DNA from: an uncultured Solirubrobacterales bacterium
GTDB lineage: Bacteria > Actinomycetota > Thermoleophilia > Solirubrobacterales > 70-9
NCBI GenBank assembly: GCA_963812335.1
Contig: CAWEUU010000007.1
Location: 19,682-83,681 of the forward strand
DNA length: 64,000 nt
Reading direction: 5' to 3'
Shown here: piece after piece, positions 62,870-64,000 of the stretch
Layout: each line of letters begins with the position of its first letter
Position numbering within the stretch: the stretch's first letter is position 1
Notes under the pieces: generated by a model
Database searches by the model: none
What the model was told of the DNA's origin: nothing
The model's input: only the letters and a program-made list of their open reading frames with translations
Program-made: the position numbers and the translations under genes

Positions 62870-63346
62870 ATGAGTAGACCCATCCTCGCCGTCGACGTCG
62901 ACGGGGTTATTTCCCTGTTCGGCTTCGATGAGCCGCCGGATAGGTCGGAGGCCAGATTCGAGTTGGTCGATGGGATGGTGCACTGCATCTCGCTTGCGGC
63001 GGGGGAGCGGTTGAAGCGGTTGGGCGAGGTCTATGAACTCGTCTGGGCGACGGGGTGGGAGGCGAAAGCCAACGACTACCTGCCCAACATCCTCGGCATG
63101 CCGGAACTGCCCCACCTGACCTTCGACGGCGCCGCCCGCTTCGGCTCGGCCCACTGGAAGCTGGGCCCGCTGCAGGAGTACGGCGAGGGGCGGCCGCTGG
63201 CCTGGGTCGACGACAACTTCGACGAGAGCTGTTACGAGTGGGCGCGCGGGCGCGAGGAGCCGACCCTGCTCGTTCCGACTGAGCCCCACCTCGGCCTCGA
63301 GGAGGTCCAGGTCGAGGCGCTCACCGCCTGGGCCACGGGACTTTGA
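62870..63346 (+). CDS. HAD-superfamily hydrolase-like protein
   Basis: 158 aa. N-terminal ILAVDVDGVI (DxDxV motif I) and a later LAWVDDN acidic motif. Confidence 0.6.
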   Translation: MSRPILAVDVDGVISLFGFDEPPDRSEARFELVDGMVHCISLAAGERLKRLGEVYELVWATGWEAKANDYLPNILGMPELPHLTFDGAARFGSAHWKLGPLQEYGEGRPLAWVDDNFDESCYEWARGREEPTLLVPTEPHLGLEEVQVEALTAWATGL

Positions 63347-63414
63347 CGGCGACCGTTCGCTGTTTGTCGCCCTGAGTGGCACAAGCAGCGAACGCGTCCC
63401 TCTACACTGCCCCG

Positions 63415-63705
63415 ATGGAGGGATTCCTGCCGATCTTCTTCTTGCTCGTCGTCCTCAAGATCCCCGTGCTCGGCGCGCTCTGGCTGATCTGGTGGGCTGG
63501 CAAGGCCCCGGACACCGAGGGCTCCCAGGGCGACTCAAACGGCGGCACCAACGGCCGCCGCCCGTTCCCACCCCGCCCTCGCGGCCCTCAGCACGACCCG
63601 GACGGGGGTTTCGCGAGGAGAGGGCGGGGTGTCCCTCCCGGGCAGCGGCGTCCCCTTTTTCGCCCCAGGAGGGACACCCCGTCCTCTCCCCTCAACCAGC
63701 CCTAG
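63415..63705 (+). CDS. small membrane protein (weak; 3' part doubtful)
   Basis: ATG at 63415. MEGFLPIFFLLVVLKIPVLGALWLIWWA forms a TM helix. The C-terminal half is R/P/G-rich and overlaps a long hairpin. Confidence 0.35.
   Translation: MEGFLPIFFLLVVLKIPVLGALWLIWWAGKAPDTEGSQGDSNGGTNGRRPFPPRPRGPQHDPDGGFARRGRGVPPGQRRPLFRPRRDTPSSPLNQP
63617..63689. terminator. long hairpin between convergent genes (possible bidirectional terminator)
   Basis: 22-bp stem (GGAGAGG-G-CGGGGTGTCCCTCC / GGAGGGACACCCCG-T-CCTCTCC, one G-T pair) with a 29-nt loop. Ends 3 nt before the stop of the minus-strand monooxygenase gene. Confidence 0.4.
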
Positions 63706-64000
63706 CCACCCGCTTCCGCTCCTTGCGGATCTCCCGCATGTAGGGGTGGAAGTCGACCTCGATCGTGTGGCGCTTGGAGCTGACGAAGCGCTTGTCCATC
63801 CAGCGTTCGTAGGCCGCGATCTCCCCTCGCATCTCCGAGGCAGGTGGCAGCGCGGACTCGCCCGCGAGCAGGTCGGCAATCCATTCGCACTGCGCCTCGG
63901 CCAGCGGCATGATCGGGCCCAGTGGCTGAATGAAGCCGACGAAGTAGAGGCCGGGGCTCTCGACCGCGACCGCCCGTTTGTAGAGCGGCATGCGGTTGTC
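63692..64000 (-). CDS. flavin-containing monooxygenase, C-terminal part (5' end outside window)
   Basis: GLYFVGFIQPLGPIMPLAEAQCEWIADLLAG resembles FMO/BVMO C-termini. The frame runs to the window edge. Confidence 0.6.
   Translation of the reverse strand, partial: DNRMPLYKRAVAVESPGLYFVGFIQPLGPIMPLAEAQCEWIADLLAGESALPPASEMRGEIAAYERWMDKRFVSSKRHTIEVDFHPYMREIRKERKRVARAG

Noticed and set aside
63625-63681. Possible third member of repeat family 1, because the stem GTCCCTCCCG resembles the ACCCTCCCG inner stem.
   Set aside because: The loop sequence is unrelated to the conserved 42-nt core. The resemblance is limited to a C/T-rich stem.

Overview
GC-rich bacterial chromosomal segment, about 70% GC by eye. 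Gene content and ribosomal-protein tails look actinobacterial, possibly Thermoleophilia or Rubrobacteria-like; this is a guess I cannot verify here. All calls rest on reading the ORF-track translations and the raw sequence; no searches were run.

Layout:
- 1-19.7 kb, housekeeping and accessory genes: a partial GGDEF protein; a biotin cluster (bioB-bioF-bioD, an antiparallel MFS transporter, bioA); a small nucleotidyltransferase pair; NUDIX; LemA; rubredoxin; a GMC oxidoreductase; sodA; a sigma-B-type partner-switching set (sigma factor, RsbW-like kinase, STAS antagonist, GAF-PP2C phosphatase); MscS; YihY; a ferritin-like protein; a secreted glycosidase.
- 19.7-28.4 kb: tRNA-Pro(CGG) followed by an ~8.6 kb island with no integrase, bounded by a 16-bp direct repeat of the tRNA 3' end. 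It carries a GIY-YIG protein, a frameshifted toxin with a DUF2283-like partner, a decayed IS481-like element, a candidate defence operon and a stand-alone HNH-like protein. The operon encodes a STAND P-loop NTPase with an N-terminal Cap4/DUF4297-like PD-(D/E)xK nuclease, followed by two translationally coupled proteins I cannot assign. This is the best candidate for an undescribed system.
- 28.4-41 kb: metallopeptidase, beta-carbonic anhydrase, frameshifted MocR-like and FAD-oxidoreductase genes, DsbA-like protein, acyl-CoA synthetase, patatin, PBP4, surE-ligA-truA.
- 41-60.8 kb, minus strand: the complete S10-spc-alpha ribosomal superoperon plus tuf and fusA. infA is absent, and several ribosomal proteins have long low-complexity tails.
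- 60.8-64 kb, plus strand: a membrane protein, rpsL-rpsG (divergent from fusA, which is unusual), a HAD-like protein and a partial flavin monooxygenase.

Three small families of structured intergenic repeats are present. At least six genes need 1-nt frame corrections, so either assembly indels or real gene decay must be resolved before interpreting them.
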